IMG/VR virus record: IMGVR_UViG_3300032753_001573
Location: 91,689 to 155,688 of that record
From: a virus
Reading direction: 5' to 3' (one strand)
DNA: 64,000 nucleotides
Part shown: in pieces, positions 48,515 through 59,292 of the stretch
Numbering within the stretch: the stretch's first letter is position 1
Layout of the letters: the number at the start of each line of letters is the position of its first letter
Program-made: the position numbers and the translations under genes
The notes under the pieces: generated by a model
What the model was told of the DNA's origin: nothing
Databases searched by the model: none
What the model saw: the letters and a program-made list of their open reading frames with translations, nothing else

Positions 48515-51500
48515 CAGTACAGCCTCTCTATGCTAATCATGTTGTTGTTGTAACCGGGGCCTATCTGCAGCGTGATGCGATAGCTCCTGAAGTTGGTGGT
48601 ATCACTCAGTATGTATGTGGATATGTCGCCGGCACCGGTAAAGTTCCAGCCAAACGATGATGTGGCAACGGAGGTTGTAACGGCTTGGGAACCAGAGCTT
48701 CCGCCACTGCCGCCATTGACAGCATAATTACCGCCTATATAGTATGTATTAGATCCTGACACCGTTGACAGGCTCAAGCCTCTGTTGCCACCGGTGGTTA
48801 CCGTGGCCTTGAGGTTGTCCATGACCACATATACACCAGCGTTCGCGAATCCACTGGCGATGGTAGCAGTTGGTGCGCTGAAGGTCGGTCCGTCATAGTC
48901 CAACCAGAAGCTGCTGTTGCCGTCCGTGGTCCAGCGATACATCACGTCAGTGCTTGAATTATACCATATGTCGCCTATGGTGGGGTTGGCTGGTGCCGTT
49001 GCGCTGGTGGTGCTGCGCACGCCGCCGGCCACTATGCTGCCGGTGCCAACTAAGTTGCCCATCACGCTCACCACACCCGTGCCTGCGGGATCCAGCGTGA
49101 TGTTGGCATTGCCTGATGATTGCACGGAACCGGTGCTTATGGTTAGGTTGCCTACGGTGACGTTACCACTGAGGTAACCTGCCACGTTGGTGTTGCCGTA
49201 GCTGCTCGCTGGCGTGCTGAATGCCAACGCGCCGTTACCGTTAGTGGTCAGCACCTGCCCGGTGGTGCCACCCGTGATGGTCACGTTGGCAATGTTGCCC
49301 AGATTGGCGGCACCCGTCACGACGAGGTTACCGATGGATATGTTACCGCTGAGATAGCCGGCCACGTTGGTGTTGCCGTAGTTGCTGCCACCGCCTGCCC
49401 CTGTTGGTCCCGTGGCACCTTGCAATGCCGGAACGTATGCTCCTATGACCTGTATGTCGAACCATGGGTAGCTGCCGGCCAGTGCGAAATCACCATTGCC
49501 GCCAGCCTGTATGGTAGCGCTCGCGCTGACCAACCTATAGCTGACCACCGTGCTGACATTTGGTGTGAAAACATACTCGCTGATGCCACCTGAGGCACCA
49601 TTTGATGCGGCATCGGCGGGATTGTAGCTTTCTGATAGGCTGCCGACGTATGCACCTGCCGTCTCGTTATACCAACCGAATGCTGGTCGGGAACCTGTCC
49701 AGCTTGGTACCAATGCCGTTAGCCTGTAGGTGCTGTTGGCTGCCAGCGTGATGTTGCCGGTGCTGGTGTTGAGGCTGATGTCGCTTGACGCATATGCATC
49801 TACCTGCGTGAACACTATGCGTGTGCCTGCTGACATGCCGGTCTGTGCGGCGCTGCGGCTGCCACGCATGAAGCTGGCCGCAGGTAGCGCACCAGTGGGT
49901 CCGGTAACACCCGTGGCACCTTGGTAACCGCCGGTCAGCTGCACCCAGGTGACGCCTGTGGTGCCATTGTTATCACTGAAGCTGTTGAAGCTGCCTGTGC
50001 TGGCGAATGCTCGCAGGGTATAGGTGGCACTACCAGATGTGGTGAGGATTATCCTACCATTACCGGTGCCTGCCTGTGAAGCCGCGGTGCTGTTGTAATA
50101 GCTCAGAACCTGGCTGTTGGGAACCAACGTGCCCGTTGGATCATACAGCGCGAACTCTCCTGCGAACGCTGCGCTGGAGCTCTGCGCACGCATCCAATAG
50201 CTGACGTCCCAGGTCCCTGCGCTGGGCAGGGTGAACGTAACTACCGTGACCGGGGTGCTGCTTGTCACCGATATTGATGAGGTGGCTTGATAGGCATTGC
50301 CGGTCACGGGCGGGCTGTTTGGTGTTGCACCGGTTGGACCAGTTGCACCGTAACCAGTGGCTCCTGTTGGACCTATGCTGCCACTGGCTCCGGTTGGACC
50401 CGTGACCGTGCTGGGCGCGCCGGCGGCTCCTGTTGGACCCGTGCTGCCTTTGATGCCACTTGCACCGGTCGGTCCGGTCACGTTGCTGGCCGCACCCGTG
50501 GCACCTGTCGCACCCGTGGGTCCGGTGCCTCCGACTATGGGTTGACCGCCCACCGTTATGCTGTTGGCGTTTATGTTATATGCTGAGACGTTACCACTGA
50601 CACCCAACCCACCGTTTATGGTCACGGCGTTGGCCGTGCCTGGCGCGTTGAACTGTGCCACGATGTATGTGCTGTCGGCACCTCCGCTGATGATGCGCGT
50701 GACGGTCCCTGCGATGCTGGTTCCAATGACGAGGTTGCCACCCTGCCCCGGATAGCTGGGATCTCCCTGCACGTATAGATACCCGTCGTCCTGCAGCAGG
50801 GCGTTGCCTAGGCTGTTGCTCTGAGTGCCGTCCCAACCGCTGCCGGCGATGCCTAGATCTATGTAATGGCTGGTGTCCGTGCCGTTGTCGGCGGTGACCA
50901 CCCAGTCGCCGCTGGCTGTGTTGCCGCTGTTGATGTTCTGCAGGTTGTTCTGCACGTAATCGTTGATGCTGGCCGAGCTCTGTATGACGGGGTTGGCCAC
51001 GGTGCTGTAGCCAACCTGTATGCCGGCGTAGAGGGCACCCAGACCGTTCTCATCCCCGTAGAACTTGCCGCTGTTGCCTGTTATCTGGGTGACGCTGCCG
51101 CTGAGGTTGATGTCGCCCTGCACGTAGAGGTTATCCAGTATCAGCGTGTTACCGGTGACGATTAGGTTCGCGAACTCCACGGCATCGCCGGTGTTGAGGC
51201 TCTGGTTGAATGGATTGTTGGCACCCGTGGGCCCCGCGGGTCCGGTGTGGCCTGTTGGTCCAGTGACCGTGCTAGTGGAACCAGTTGGTCCCGTGGCGCC
51301 GTCCATGCCATCGGCACCCGTCGGTCCTGTGGGCCCTGTGCTGCCAAGGTCGCTACCGCCCACCAGCGCGTTGCTGCCGTCGCTCCAATTGATGGTGCCT
51401 CCTGGTGGCAGGGTGAGGTTACCATCCGCGCCAAAAAGCCATGTGGATCTATCGTAAACGTATGTTCCAGTTGGCGGTACGCTGCCATAGGGTGGGTGGA

Positions 51501-53202
51501 TCTCCCACTGGGCCAAGGGATTCCAGTATGGGCCCATGTTGATGTACAGCGACTGGCCAAATCCTGGCACGAATATGCCCCATTGACCAGCGCTGTATTC
51601 TATGTGGGGATCACTGGCGGGATTGTAACCTGCTGGCATCCAGATATCAGCCTGTGGATCATAGGTGTAGGTGAGGTTCACAGCTACGAAATCTGCGCCG
51701 GTTATCACTATGGTCTGAGGACGGCAGCCCGGCGTGACATACACACCATCATTGATGGCCTCATGCACCGTGCTGGTCAGCGGCAGCGTGAGGTTACCAT
51801 CTGTGCCAAATGTCCAGGCATGCGTGCCGCTGTCAGTGGTAGCGTTGCTGTAGAGTATGACCTCACCCTGGCTGCCCACGACGAGATTGGTAGTATCAGC
51901 CTGGATGTAGCTGTCGTTGGGCAGACCCAGCACGCCCGCGTCTCTGAAGCGCCAGATGTGATCAAAGGCAGTGATCACCACTTGGCCATAGCTGCTGGCG
52001 GCGGAGCCTCCAATGATGTACACGAAACCCGCATCTCCATCGGGGCTGTCTCCACCTTTGATGGTCACGTCACCACCGAAGTCTCCGCCAAACCCTGCGC
52101 TGAGGTACAGATGCCCACCTGTGCCGCTGCCGGGATCAACAGGTGTGCCGGCTGTGATGTCTAGGTCAAGCCCAGTGCCACCAATGGTGGCCGTGGTTGG
52201 CAGAGTGAGATTGCCATCTAGTCCAAACGTCCAAGTGTAAGCAGAATCAAGCAGATTAGTTGTTAGTTCAACATCAAATCCAATCCTGACATTTGTTTTT
52301 GGGTTACCGCTTACTACATCTAAACTGTATAAGTTCAAAGTGCTTTCCGAAGAGGAAATGCTTGCCCAGTTATTCCCCTCCCAGGTAAAATTGATAGCAC
52401 CGTTGCCACCATTAACGCCGTCTGGCATGGTCAGCACGCCGTCTGAGCCAAAGGTCCATGGTTGATTACCGGCAGCCAGCAGAGTGATGTTGCCATTGTA
52501 GGTCTGCACGTAGCCATCGTCTGGCAGCGTGAGGTTACCATCCCCGCTGAGTATCCAGTCTGCGCCATCGGCACTGAGCTTGAGGACCGATGCACTGGCT
52601 ATGCTCGCAGGCACCTCAGGCGCTTGCCCCTGCACCGTGACCGTCCATTCACTGCCATTGTTGTGGATGCTGCTCACATACAGGGTGAAGTTGAATCCAG
52701 CTATGCCCGTGACGCTTGGACCATACACGAAGGCATCGCCGTTGACGTATCCAGGATTGCTGGGCCAAGTCTGGGTGTTGTTGCTGAAGGCATGCACATG
52801 CCCATAGTCATCCACGGCAAAGCTCACGCTATAGGTCCAGGCATTGCCCGTGAGGTTCAGCACCGTGTGGCCGGGATGCGGGCGGAAGTACGTGGGTGTG
52901 AGATCTGCTGTGAACGTCACAGGCAGGCTGCTGGGCACCGAGAAGCCCCCGTTCCCAGCAAAGTACCAGTTCTGGCCGTTGGTGGACAGCGCTATGTCCT
53001 GGTTGGTGGTGGTACCTATCGCGGTGCCGGTGAAGGTTATGTCGCCTGTGTTGGCATTGCCGGTTACAGTATGGCCACCAGGAGTAACATTATCTGCAAT
53101 CCTCAGAACGCCGTCGGCACCAACTACTATTTCTCCAAACGGTCCAACATATGCGTTAGCATCTGTATTCAAAGTTTGGCTAGTATATACACGCATGGTC
53201 AT
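48514..53202 (-). CDS. long modular tail-fibre protein (Mtd_N-like N-terminus, collagen-like GPTGA repeats)
   Basis: YVGPFGEIVV...LRI.DNVTPGG; recurring W.FG.DG.LTLP; G-x-T triplets; 1562 aa. Confidence 0.85.
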   Translation of the reverse strand: MTMRVYTSQTLNTDANAYVGPFGEIVVGADGVLRIADNVTPGGHTVTGNANTGDITFTGTAIGTTTNQDIALSTNGQNWYFAGNGGFSVPSSLPVTFTADLTPTYFRPHPGHTVLNLTGNAWTYSVSFAVDDYGHVHAFSNNTQTWPSNPGYVNGDAFVYGPSVTGIAGFNFTLYVSSIHNNGSEWTVTVQGQAPEVPASIASASVLKLSADGADWILSGDGNLTLPDDGYVQTYNGNITLLAAGNQPWTFGSDGVLTMPDGVNGGNGAINFTWEGNNWASISSSESTLNLYSLDVVSGNPKTNVRIGFDVELTTNLLDSAYTWTFGLDGNLTLPTTATIGGTGLDLDITAGTPVDPGSGTGGHLYLSAGFGGDFGGDVTIKGGDSPDGDAGFVYIIGGSAASSYGQVVITAFDHIWRFRDAGVLGLPNDSYIQADTTNLVVGSQGEVILYSNATTDSGTHAWTFGTDGNLTLPLTSTVHEAINDGVYVTPGCRPQTIVITGADFVAVNLTYTYDPQADIWMPAGYNPASDPHIEYSAGQWGIFVPGFGQSLYINMGPYWNPLAQWEIHPPYGSVPPTGTYVYDRSTWLFGADGNLTLPPGGTINWSDGSNALVGGSDLGSTGPTGPTGADGMDGATGPTGSTSTVTGPTGHTGPAGPTGANNPFNQSLNTGDAVEFANLIVTGNTLILDNLYVQGDINLSGSVTQITGNSGKFYGDENGLGALYAGIQVGYSTVANPVIQSSASINDYVQNNLQNINSGNTASGDWVVTADNGTDTSHYIDLGIAGSGWDGTQSNSLGNALLQDDGYLYVQGDPSYPGQGGNLVIGTSIAGTVTRIISGGADSTYIVAQFNAPGTANAVTINGGLGVSGNVSAYNINANSITVGGQPIVGGTGPTGATGATGAASNVTGPTGASGIKGSTGPTGAAGAPSTVTGPTGASGSIGPTGATGYGATGPTGATPNSPPVTGNAYQATSSISVTSSTPVTVVTFTLPSAGTWDVSYWMRAQSSSAAFAGEFALYDPTGTLVPNSQVLSYYNSTAASQAGTGNGRIILTTSGSATYTLRAFASTGSFNSFSDNNGTTGVTWVQLTGGYQGATGVTGPTGALPAASFMRGSRSAAQTGMSAGTRIVFTQVDAYASSDISLNTSTGNITLAANSTYRLTALVPSWTGSRPAFGWYNETAGAYVGSLSESYNPADAASNGASGGISEYVFTPNVSTVVSYRLVSASATIQAGGNGDFALAGSYPWFDIQVIGAYVPALQGATGPTGAGGGSNYGNTNVAGYLSGNISIGNLVVTGAANLGNIANVTITGGTTGQVLTTNGNGALAFSTPASSYGNTNVAGYLSGNVTVGNLTISTGSVQSSGNANITLDPAGTGVVSVMGNLVGTGSIVAGGVRSTTSATAPANPTIGDIWYNSSTDVMYRWTTDGNSSFWLDYDGPTFSAPTATIASGFANAGVYVVMDNLKATVTTGGNRGLSLSTVSGSNTYYIGGNYAVNGGSGGSSGSQAVTTSVATSSFGWNFTGAGDISTYILSDTTNFRSYRITLQIGPGYNNNMISIERLY

Positions 53203-53309
53203 AGTAGATCTTTGCTCTCAATTTGTCTTATATTTACCAAATTTCCAAACAGGCAACTAGATGGTCAGAGCAAGTGACCCACACCGAACGATCAATTAAG
53301 TTGCTAGTT

Positions 53310-54932
53310 TCAATCAATATTCAATGATGTGTTGCTGTTGAACTTGTTGAACAGCATTTGATCTTCGCTGCCCCAAAGGCTGTTAAAATTGCTATAATCG
53401 TTGTTCAATCCTGTATCATACAATGTTGTTTGGCTATTGTATGTTAACCAAGATTGCAATTGGGCTGGTGCAGCGTGGGGATTAATTTGCAGGAACAATG
53501 CACCTAGGCCGCACACCTGAGGACTAGCCATACTTGTGCCATCTAGATTGGCTTGCAACCAGCTTGTATCTAAAAAGTATGGTGCTGGTTCATATCCGTC
53601 GTTGGTAATCTCATTTGCCCGACTCATGCTGCTGGTAATTCCTGTACCAGGACTGTATATGCTAACTCCGGGTCCGCCCTCGCTGAAAAACACTTTTTGA
53701 TCTTGAGATTGACTATATGAATTGATATCAATAGCACCAACTATGTTGGCATTTGTGCTATATGGACTGCTACCTTGGTTATAGAAATTTATGTCGTCAT
53801 AAATGTCTGTGAAATAATTCTGATAGTCTGGTCCCAGTGGCGCATCAATTTTTATGCCATCGTTTCCTGCAGCAATACAAACGTGTATTCCTGCAGCTAT
53901 CATTTCGTCAATTGCTATATCTGTAGCTGGATCTCTAATAGGGAATGTGCCTATTGATTGTGATCCCATGCCATATTCAGTATGTATGTCACTGACCAAC
54001 TGTGATCCACTCCATGGTGTTCCGCGATAGTTGCCGCCAGTTATAATTGTTTCTGAGTCTGTTATATAATAGCTGCCTGTTATGCCCCAACTCATGTTGA
54101 CTATAGTTGGACGCTTGTAACCAGTAGTGGGATCAATTGGTTTGTTATTGTGCCAGCCTATCATAATGTCAAATATGTCGCTGTAAGGCAAACCTGATGT
54201 GTCGATAGGTGAAACTAAATCTTCTAGCTTGATGCTGTAAATCTGAGCATTCTTTGCCCATCCAAATGTCTTGCCAGCGGCTATGCCTGTGACATGTGTA
54301 CCGTGACCAAATACGTCGCTATAATGACCAGATGGCATAGTACCCGATACACCGCTTGCAGCATACCAATCTATTTGTTGTACTCTGCTGTTGCCATTTG
54401 CATCTTTGAATTCTGGGTGATTAACTTCAAGGCCAGTATCTACTACTAGAACATCTACACCTGTGCCGTCTAGGGTATAATTGTATTGTCCTATCACTGA
54501 ATAACTAACACCGTAGTTATTAACTGCGCTGTTTACTCTGCTCAGTCCCCAATTGACATTGTTGCCTACACTGTTTGTAGTTTTATCAAAATTATTGTAT
54601 TGTGTAGCATAGGGTTTTATTACAGCATTGTTCTTGTGCTGAATAGGTATAGTAACGCTATGTACTCTAGCATCTCCGCGTAGGGTTGCTGCCTCGCTGC
54701 TGGTTATTGCATAATGTCTGAGCCTATTAACATTAGGTCTTTGTTTTAACACCCTCACTGCCCTCGATGGAATAGCATCCGTGCTCTTATGTGCAGTTTC
54801 CATCTTGTCCCAAAATGCATTGTGATCTACATCTGCTTTTAAGGCTACTATATACTCTTGCCCATCTGGATGTGCGGCAACAGTTTTGGTAATTACCTTG
54901 GGTAGTGATTTGTTTTTTGATCTACCTTGCAT
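53310..54932 (-). CDS. subtilisin-like serine protease (S8)
   Basis: VVDTG, HGTHVTGIAAG, AAGN, GTSMASPQVCG. Confidence 0.93.
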   Translation of the reverse strand: MQGRSKNKSLPKVITKTVAAHPDGQEYIVALKADVDHNAFWDKMETAHKSTDAIPSRAVRVLKQRPNVNRLRHYAITSSEAATLRGDARVHSVTIPIQHKNNAVIKPYATQYNNFDKTTNSVGNNVNWGLSRVNSAVNNYGVSYSVIGQYNYTLDGTGVDVLVVDTGLEVNHPEFKDANGNSRVQQIDWYAASGVSGTMPSGHYSDVFGHGTHVTGIAAGKTFGWAKNAQIYSIKLEDLVSPIDTSGLPYSDIFDIMIGWHNNKPIDPTTGYKRPTIVNMSWGITGSYYITDSETIITGGNYRGTPWSGSQLVSDIHTEYGMGSQSIGTFPIRDPATDIAIDEMIAAGIHVCIAAGNDGIKIDAPLGPDYQNYFTDIYDDINFYNQGSSPYSTNANIVGAIDINSYSQSQDQKVFFSEGGPGVSIYSPGTGITSSMSRANEITNDGYEPAPYFLDTSWLQANLDGTSMASPQVCGLGALFLQINPHAAPAQLQSWLTYNSQTTLYDTGLNNDYSNFNSLWGSEDQMLFNKFNSNTSLNID

Positions 54933-54952
54933 GCGTTTGGCTTTCTATCGTT

Positions 54953-55297
54953 TTAGGATTTCTTAACGGCTGGTTTCTTTGGTTTAAATTCTGCCATGCT
55001 GGTTAATGCATGCAGGTTACCAACTACTGTGCCATTCAACACAACCTGAGGTACTGTGGTAGCACCTGGCACTGCTTCTAATAGCTGAGCTTTGGTCCAG
55101 TTGTGTGATTTGATATCGCGCACTTCAACTGCAACTTTGTTAGACGTTAGTAGTCTCCTAGCTATGCTGGTATGTGCATTTTGACCGTTGGTCCATATCA
55201 CAGCGGTGTTGCCAACGCTAACGGTATTACCAAAATGCAGTGTATTGCTACTTTGGTGTATGGTGTTTGATGTTGCTGTTACGTTTGAATTTGACAT
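54953..55297 (-). CDS. glutaredoxin-fold protein lacking the CxxC motif
   Basis: VIWT.GQNAHT..ARRLL...WTKAQLLEAVPGATTVPQVVLNG..VG. Confidence 0.7.
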   Translation of the reverse strand: MSNSNVTATSNTIHQSSNTLHFGNTVSVGNTAVIWTNGQNAHTSIARRLLTSNKVAVEVRDIKSHNWTKAQLLEAVPGATTVPQVVLNGTVVGNLHALTSMAEFKPKKPAVKKS

Positions 55298-55308
55298 GTT
55301 TGATCCTT

Positions 55309-56583
55309 TTAGAATCCATTAGTTAATGGGTTATGGAATAGCTGGTTAGACGGTATGCTGCTGACAGAACCTAGAGATGGTGTAGAGAATTGCAAAGTCA
55401 AACCGCTGCCTCCTTGATTGTTACCATACTCTATCCTTATTGGGTATAGCTGACCCTGTTCCATTGACATTTGATTTGATGTATTTGAATCAACACCGTG
55501 TATACCACCTAATGTTAGGAAAGAATTTCCTGTAGTATAACCAGATTCAGCTGGCGGGCCAAACCATACATAACTGGCATCATCTGATGAAAGAGTCCAT
55601 GTATATGTTTCAGTAGTTGTTGGCATGAAGTAACCTTCAAACAAGTAACTGGTTGTAGCTGGTACTGTGTCTTGGGCAAAATTTATAGTAGTGGTACTGT
55701 ATGCTTCCCTTAGCAATCCAAAATTGTTATCAAACCAAGTTGGATCATCAGTATTACTCTCTAGTGTACCGTTTGGATCTCCCCAATATGCATTGTAAAC
55801 ATTACAATGTAGCCCAGCGCCAAATATAAATCTCGTGCAATCATATCCATAGCTAGTTGATTGCCTAACATAATTCCATAACCTAAAAACTGCTATCTGC
55901 CCTTGATAATCATTGCCATTTGTAATATGGGTTATACTTCCTAAGCCTAGAGCATAATGCAATCCGTGTCCCGAACCCCATGGAGTTGACCTTTGGCCTA
56001 CGACGCTAGTGGTTTGTACATCATTTAATTGTAGAACTACTTGATTGGTACTGGAATCATAGCTCATAGACATGAAGTTCCAGTCATTCAAAGTAACTGT
56101 ATTTGTAGTAGAGACATTATCACCGTTACCCAGTGTACCATTAAATACTACGCCAACAATGTTACCACTTGGTCCTATCTCCACAGTACTTACATACCAT
56201 CCTGACAATAAATCATTCTGTCCTAACTCTTGTACCAATACGGTATTGTTGGCAGTTGGATAGAACCAAATCTCCATGGTGAACGATCCGCCATTATCGC
56301 TTATAGACCAAAGATTTGAATTATTGAGATCTGGTGTAATCCAATAGCTAGAACCGTCAAACCCTACACTGTAACCACTAGAATTATCTAGCCATGTTTG
56401 TGGGAAAGTTTGAGCTGCACCAGATAGACCCATTGGATAATTGCTACCCAACGGTGTTGTATAGCTTATTACAGGCCAGTTGGTTAAGTCGTTTTCATAT
56501 GGGCCTATGTTGGCATCCCAATACCAAAAACCTCTTAGCGACTTTGATAATGCAGTTCCTGCAAAGCTAGATAAAATGCTCAT
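55309..56583 (-). CDS. LamG/ConA-like plus PA14 (GLEYA-like) domain virion protein
   Basis: SFTMEIWFYP, LNDWNFM...YD, GQIAVFRLWN; GYFMP....YTW.LSSDDASYVW, YPIRIEYG. Confidence 0.8.
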   Translation of the reverse strand: MSILSSFAGTALSKSLRGFWYWDANIGPYENDLTNWPVISYTTPLGSNYPMGLSGAAQTFPQTWLDNSSGYSVGFDGSSYWITPDLNNSNLWSISDNGGSFTMEIWFYPTANNTVLVQELGQNDLLSGWYVSTVEIGPSGNIVGVVFNGTLGNGDNVSTTNTVTLNDWNFMSMSYDSSTNQVVLQLNDVQTTSVVGQRSTPWGSGHGLHYALGLGSITHITNGNDYQGQIAVFRLWNYVRQSTSYGYDCTRFIFGAGLHCNVYNAYWGDPNGTLESNTDDPTWFDNNFGLLREAYSTTTINFAQDTVPATTSYLFEGYFMPTTTETYTWTLSSDDASYVWFGPPAESGYTTGNSFLTLGGIHGVDSNTSNQMSMEQGQLYPIRIEYGNNQGGSGLTLQFSTPSLGSVSSIPSNQLFHNPLTNGF

Positions 56584-58853
56584 TATAGTCCTGCTAATCC
56601 TGTTCCGCTTATCATCCAAGTATTAGTTTCAATTTGCAATAGAGTAGCCATTGAATAAGCAGGCAAGCTAAATCCATTTGCATTTAGACCTATACCGCTG
56701 CCTATCAGCGTAGTAACTCCGTTGTTTTCTGCCACTATGTTGATACCTTGTGAACCATTTGTGACTATCACAATGCTAGCACCAATTGGGAAATTTACAG
56801 ATGTATGTGTTGGTACATAGATTGTATCTACAAATGAAGGATTTGTGCAATATATGTGCCTTCCGCGATCTTCATAGTTAAGAGTATAATTACCATTTAC
56901 TGAATTCTGCGGTATATCTCTAAGGAAACTTTCATTACTTTCATTCTGTAAATCAAACGCATAAGGCGTTCTCAACGAAGTATTACCATTGTTATCGTTA
57001 TCGTGATCTACAAAATAAAAATTGTTGCTCCAGGTACTAATAAAAAGGTCGCCGTTAATGTCATGATAACCGTTGTAACTATAGCTTCCAATCTCAACGC
57101 CGCAGCCGTTGTATTGATATGTGCCCATATGCCAGTTGTTGGTTGACGGATCTATTTGTATGTAACCATATCCAAAATTATCTTCTTCGAGATTTGGATC
57201 GCCATTTACAAGTCCTACGTTGAAACTATCTGCTATACTTAGGAAGTTTGTCAAACCTGGCAATACACTGCTATTGCTCAACAATAGATTGTTAGCAGAT
57301 CCAACTTCTCCCCAAGCCATATCTTTATAGTCCCAAGGACCTTCCCATCCATATTGTGCAAGACTCAAATTCCATGTTACACCGTCAGTTGAGGTATATA
57401 AAACAGGACTGTTGTCACCTACACCAACAAACGTGCCGCCGCCAAAATGCAAGTAATCTAGCGGATCGCCGTGTGTCCAAGTTATCAGTCCGCTGTCTGT
57501 TACATATGAACCGCCCCAACTGGTACTATCTAACCCCTGTGTCATAGCCGAATCTGTATAGAGCGCACTGGTGTTGGTGTTGATGTAATACGTACCGTTG
57601 AGATTGCTGGGATCTGCACCGGTTATGGTAAGCTTCTCTCCGTTATAATAAGCGTTATTTCCAGATATTGTTATTATAGTAGGATTGCCTACTGATATAG
57701 AACTTATTGTGACCGGATAGGGATTAGGCACAACACCTGTAAAAGTCTGTCCCTGATTGGTCGTCTTGAGAACTCTACCATTATGAAGGCTTATAAGAGC
57801 TACGCTTTCGGCACCAACTGTGCCGGCTGCTATTCCGTTTACTATATCTTGATCGGTTTCAAATCCGTTACCATCTGGCCAAACAGTTGCGGTAGCATTG
57901 TCAGCATTTACAATATTCCAAGTTCCCATAGTTGGGTCAGTTGTACTATTGAAATAAAGGTTATTGTTATCGCCACCGCCGTAGCATACCCAACCATGAC
58001 CATCAAAGTAATCTCTGTATGTACCTGGTATGGTAGTTATGAGATTTGATGCGCTCAATGTAGCACTTAACTCTGTTACGTAATATGCACCGGCAGGTAT
58101 CGCGTCTGATATGCTGTTCCACATATAATGCTGGCCAAACAACCATCCAGTTCCGTTGAAGCTAACATCTTCCATAGATATACCATCTACACTGTCGCTG
58201 TTGTTGCGCTCGTTGGTAATCATGTTGGTGATGTTGGTTAGATCAACATTACCCCACGTCCAATTGATACCATCTGAACTATACACAAAGCAAGGATAAT
58301 ACCAATTGTTTGGATTATCAGTAGATGGATAGTAAAATCCAACTGCTATAAAATGTCCGCCAAGATAGCGAATTTTCTGCCACTGTATATTTTCACCGTT
58401 TGGTCCCAGTCTAACTACCAAACTGGGAGACTGCTTAGCAGCTTGATTGGCTGTGCTGCTGTACCAAATATCAGAACTATCAAAATTGTAATTATATACA
58501 ACATACGCAATCATACTGCCGCCTGCAGCTATACGATATGCATACATGTCTATGTCGTTAGTAAAATAGGTATAATCAGTTGTTCCAAATCCCGGTGTCC
58601 AATTTAGTCCGTCTAAGCTTATGCTAACAGCAATTGGCCATTCGTCTTCAAATAGCATAATCCATTGATTTTCACTGCCACCGCTGCTAGACCCACCTGA
58701 TGCATATGCCAGTGAGTTCCATGCTGTTACACCATCGCCGTATTTGACCTTGCCAGTATCAAGTTCCAAACCTGGTTCACCCTGTGCTAGCGTTGGATTG
58801 GTGTTGGTCCAGCTTGCTGCGAGGTCCCTGCGTAATTGAATCTTTGTTGCCAT
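56583..58853 (-). CDS. tail-fibre protein (Mtd_N/hyaluronidase-type N-terminus, Asp-box repeats)
   Basis: KIQLRRD.A..W...NP.LAQGEPG.E.DT.K.KYGDGVT.W; SLDGLNW, SSDGINW, STDGVTW. Confidence 0.8.
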   Translation of the reverse strand: MATKIQLRRDLAASWTNTNPTLAQGEPGLELDTGKVKYGDGVTAWNSLAYASGGSSSGGSENQWIMLFEDEWPIAVSISLDGLNWTPGFGTTDYTYFTNDIDMYAYRIAAGGSMIAYVVYNYNFDSSDIWYSSTANQAAKQSPSLVVRLGPNGENIQWQKIRYLGGHFIAVGFYYPSTDNPNNWYYPCFVYSSDGINWTWGNVDLTNITNMITNERNNSDSVDGISMEDVSFNGTGWLFGQHYMWNSISDAIPAGAYYVTELSATLSASNLITTIPGTYRDYFDGHGWVCYGGGDNNNLYFNSTTDPTMGTWNIVNADNATATVWPDGNGFETDQDIVNGIAAGTVGAESVALISLHNGRVLKTTNQGQTFTGVVPNPYPVTISSISVGNPTIITISGNNAYYNGEKLTITGADPSNLNGTYYINTNTSALYTDSAMTQGLDSTSWGGSYVTDSGLITWTHGDPLDYLHFGGGTFVGVGDNSPVLYTSTDGVTWNLSLAQYGWEGPWDYKDMAWGEVGSANNLLLSNSSVLPGLTNFLSIADSFNVGLVNGDPNLEEDNFGYGYIQIDPSTNNWHMGTYQYNGCGVEIGSYSYNGYHDINGDLFISTWSNNFYFVDHDNDNNGNTSLRTPYAFDLQNESNESFLRDIPQNSVNGNYTLNYEDRGRHIYCTNPSFVDTIYVPTHTSVNFPIGASIVIVTNGSQGINIVAENNGVTTLIGSGIGLNANGFSLPAYSMATLLQIETNTWMISGTGLAGL

Positions 58854-58896
58854 TGTATGTGTTCTCCGCTGGATTATTTAGTATTTGCTATATTGG

Positions 58897-59289
58897 TTAT
58901 GTCCATGATTGGTCTATAGGTGATCTCACCCAAGAGTTAGTTCCCACACAAACATAGACATATGTGCTATCTGAAGCCACTTGCCCTGGCAATCCTGCAC
59001 TTGATGGATGAGCAGGTACACTAGCTGCTACACCAGGCCATGCTGTTACGCTTGCTCCAGTTGGGCCTGTTACGCTTGCTCCAGTTGGGCCTATTGGCCC
59101 AGTTGGGCCTATTGGCCCAGTGGGACCTTCTGTGTTGGAATACACAAGGTCTACCCAATGTGTGACACCGTCGCCATATTTTATCTTGTTGGTATCAATC
59201 TCTACTCCGGGTTCGCCCTCTGTTAATATAGGGTTAGCTATGACCCAGTTTGATGCCGTATCGCGTCTCAGTTGAATCCTATTTGCCAT
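58897..59289 (-). CDS. short fibre protein (Mtd_N-like plus collagen repeats)
   Basis: RIQLRRDTASNW...GDGVT.W; GPTGPI and GASVTGPT repeats; YVYVCVGTNSWVR. Confidence 0.8.
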   Translation of the reverse strand: MANRIQLRRDTASNWVIANPILTEGEPGVEIDTNKIKYGDGVTHWVDLVYSNTEGPTGPIGPTGPIGPTGASVTGPTGASVTAWPGVAASVPAHPSSAGLPGQVASDSTYVYVCVGTNSWVRSPIDQSWT

Positions 59290-59292
59290 GTG

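Noticed and set aside
46883-53277. Numerous + strand ORFs, including the 305-aa and 271-aa ones
   Set aside because: Antisense shadows of GC-rich fibre genes, with no RBS or recognisable motifs.
45710-59125. CRISPR array
   Set aside because: The repeats at about 45710-45845, 50330-50530 and 59045-59125 are in-frame Gly-rich or collagen-like coding repeats without unique spacers.
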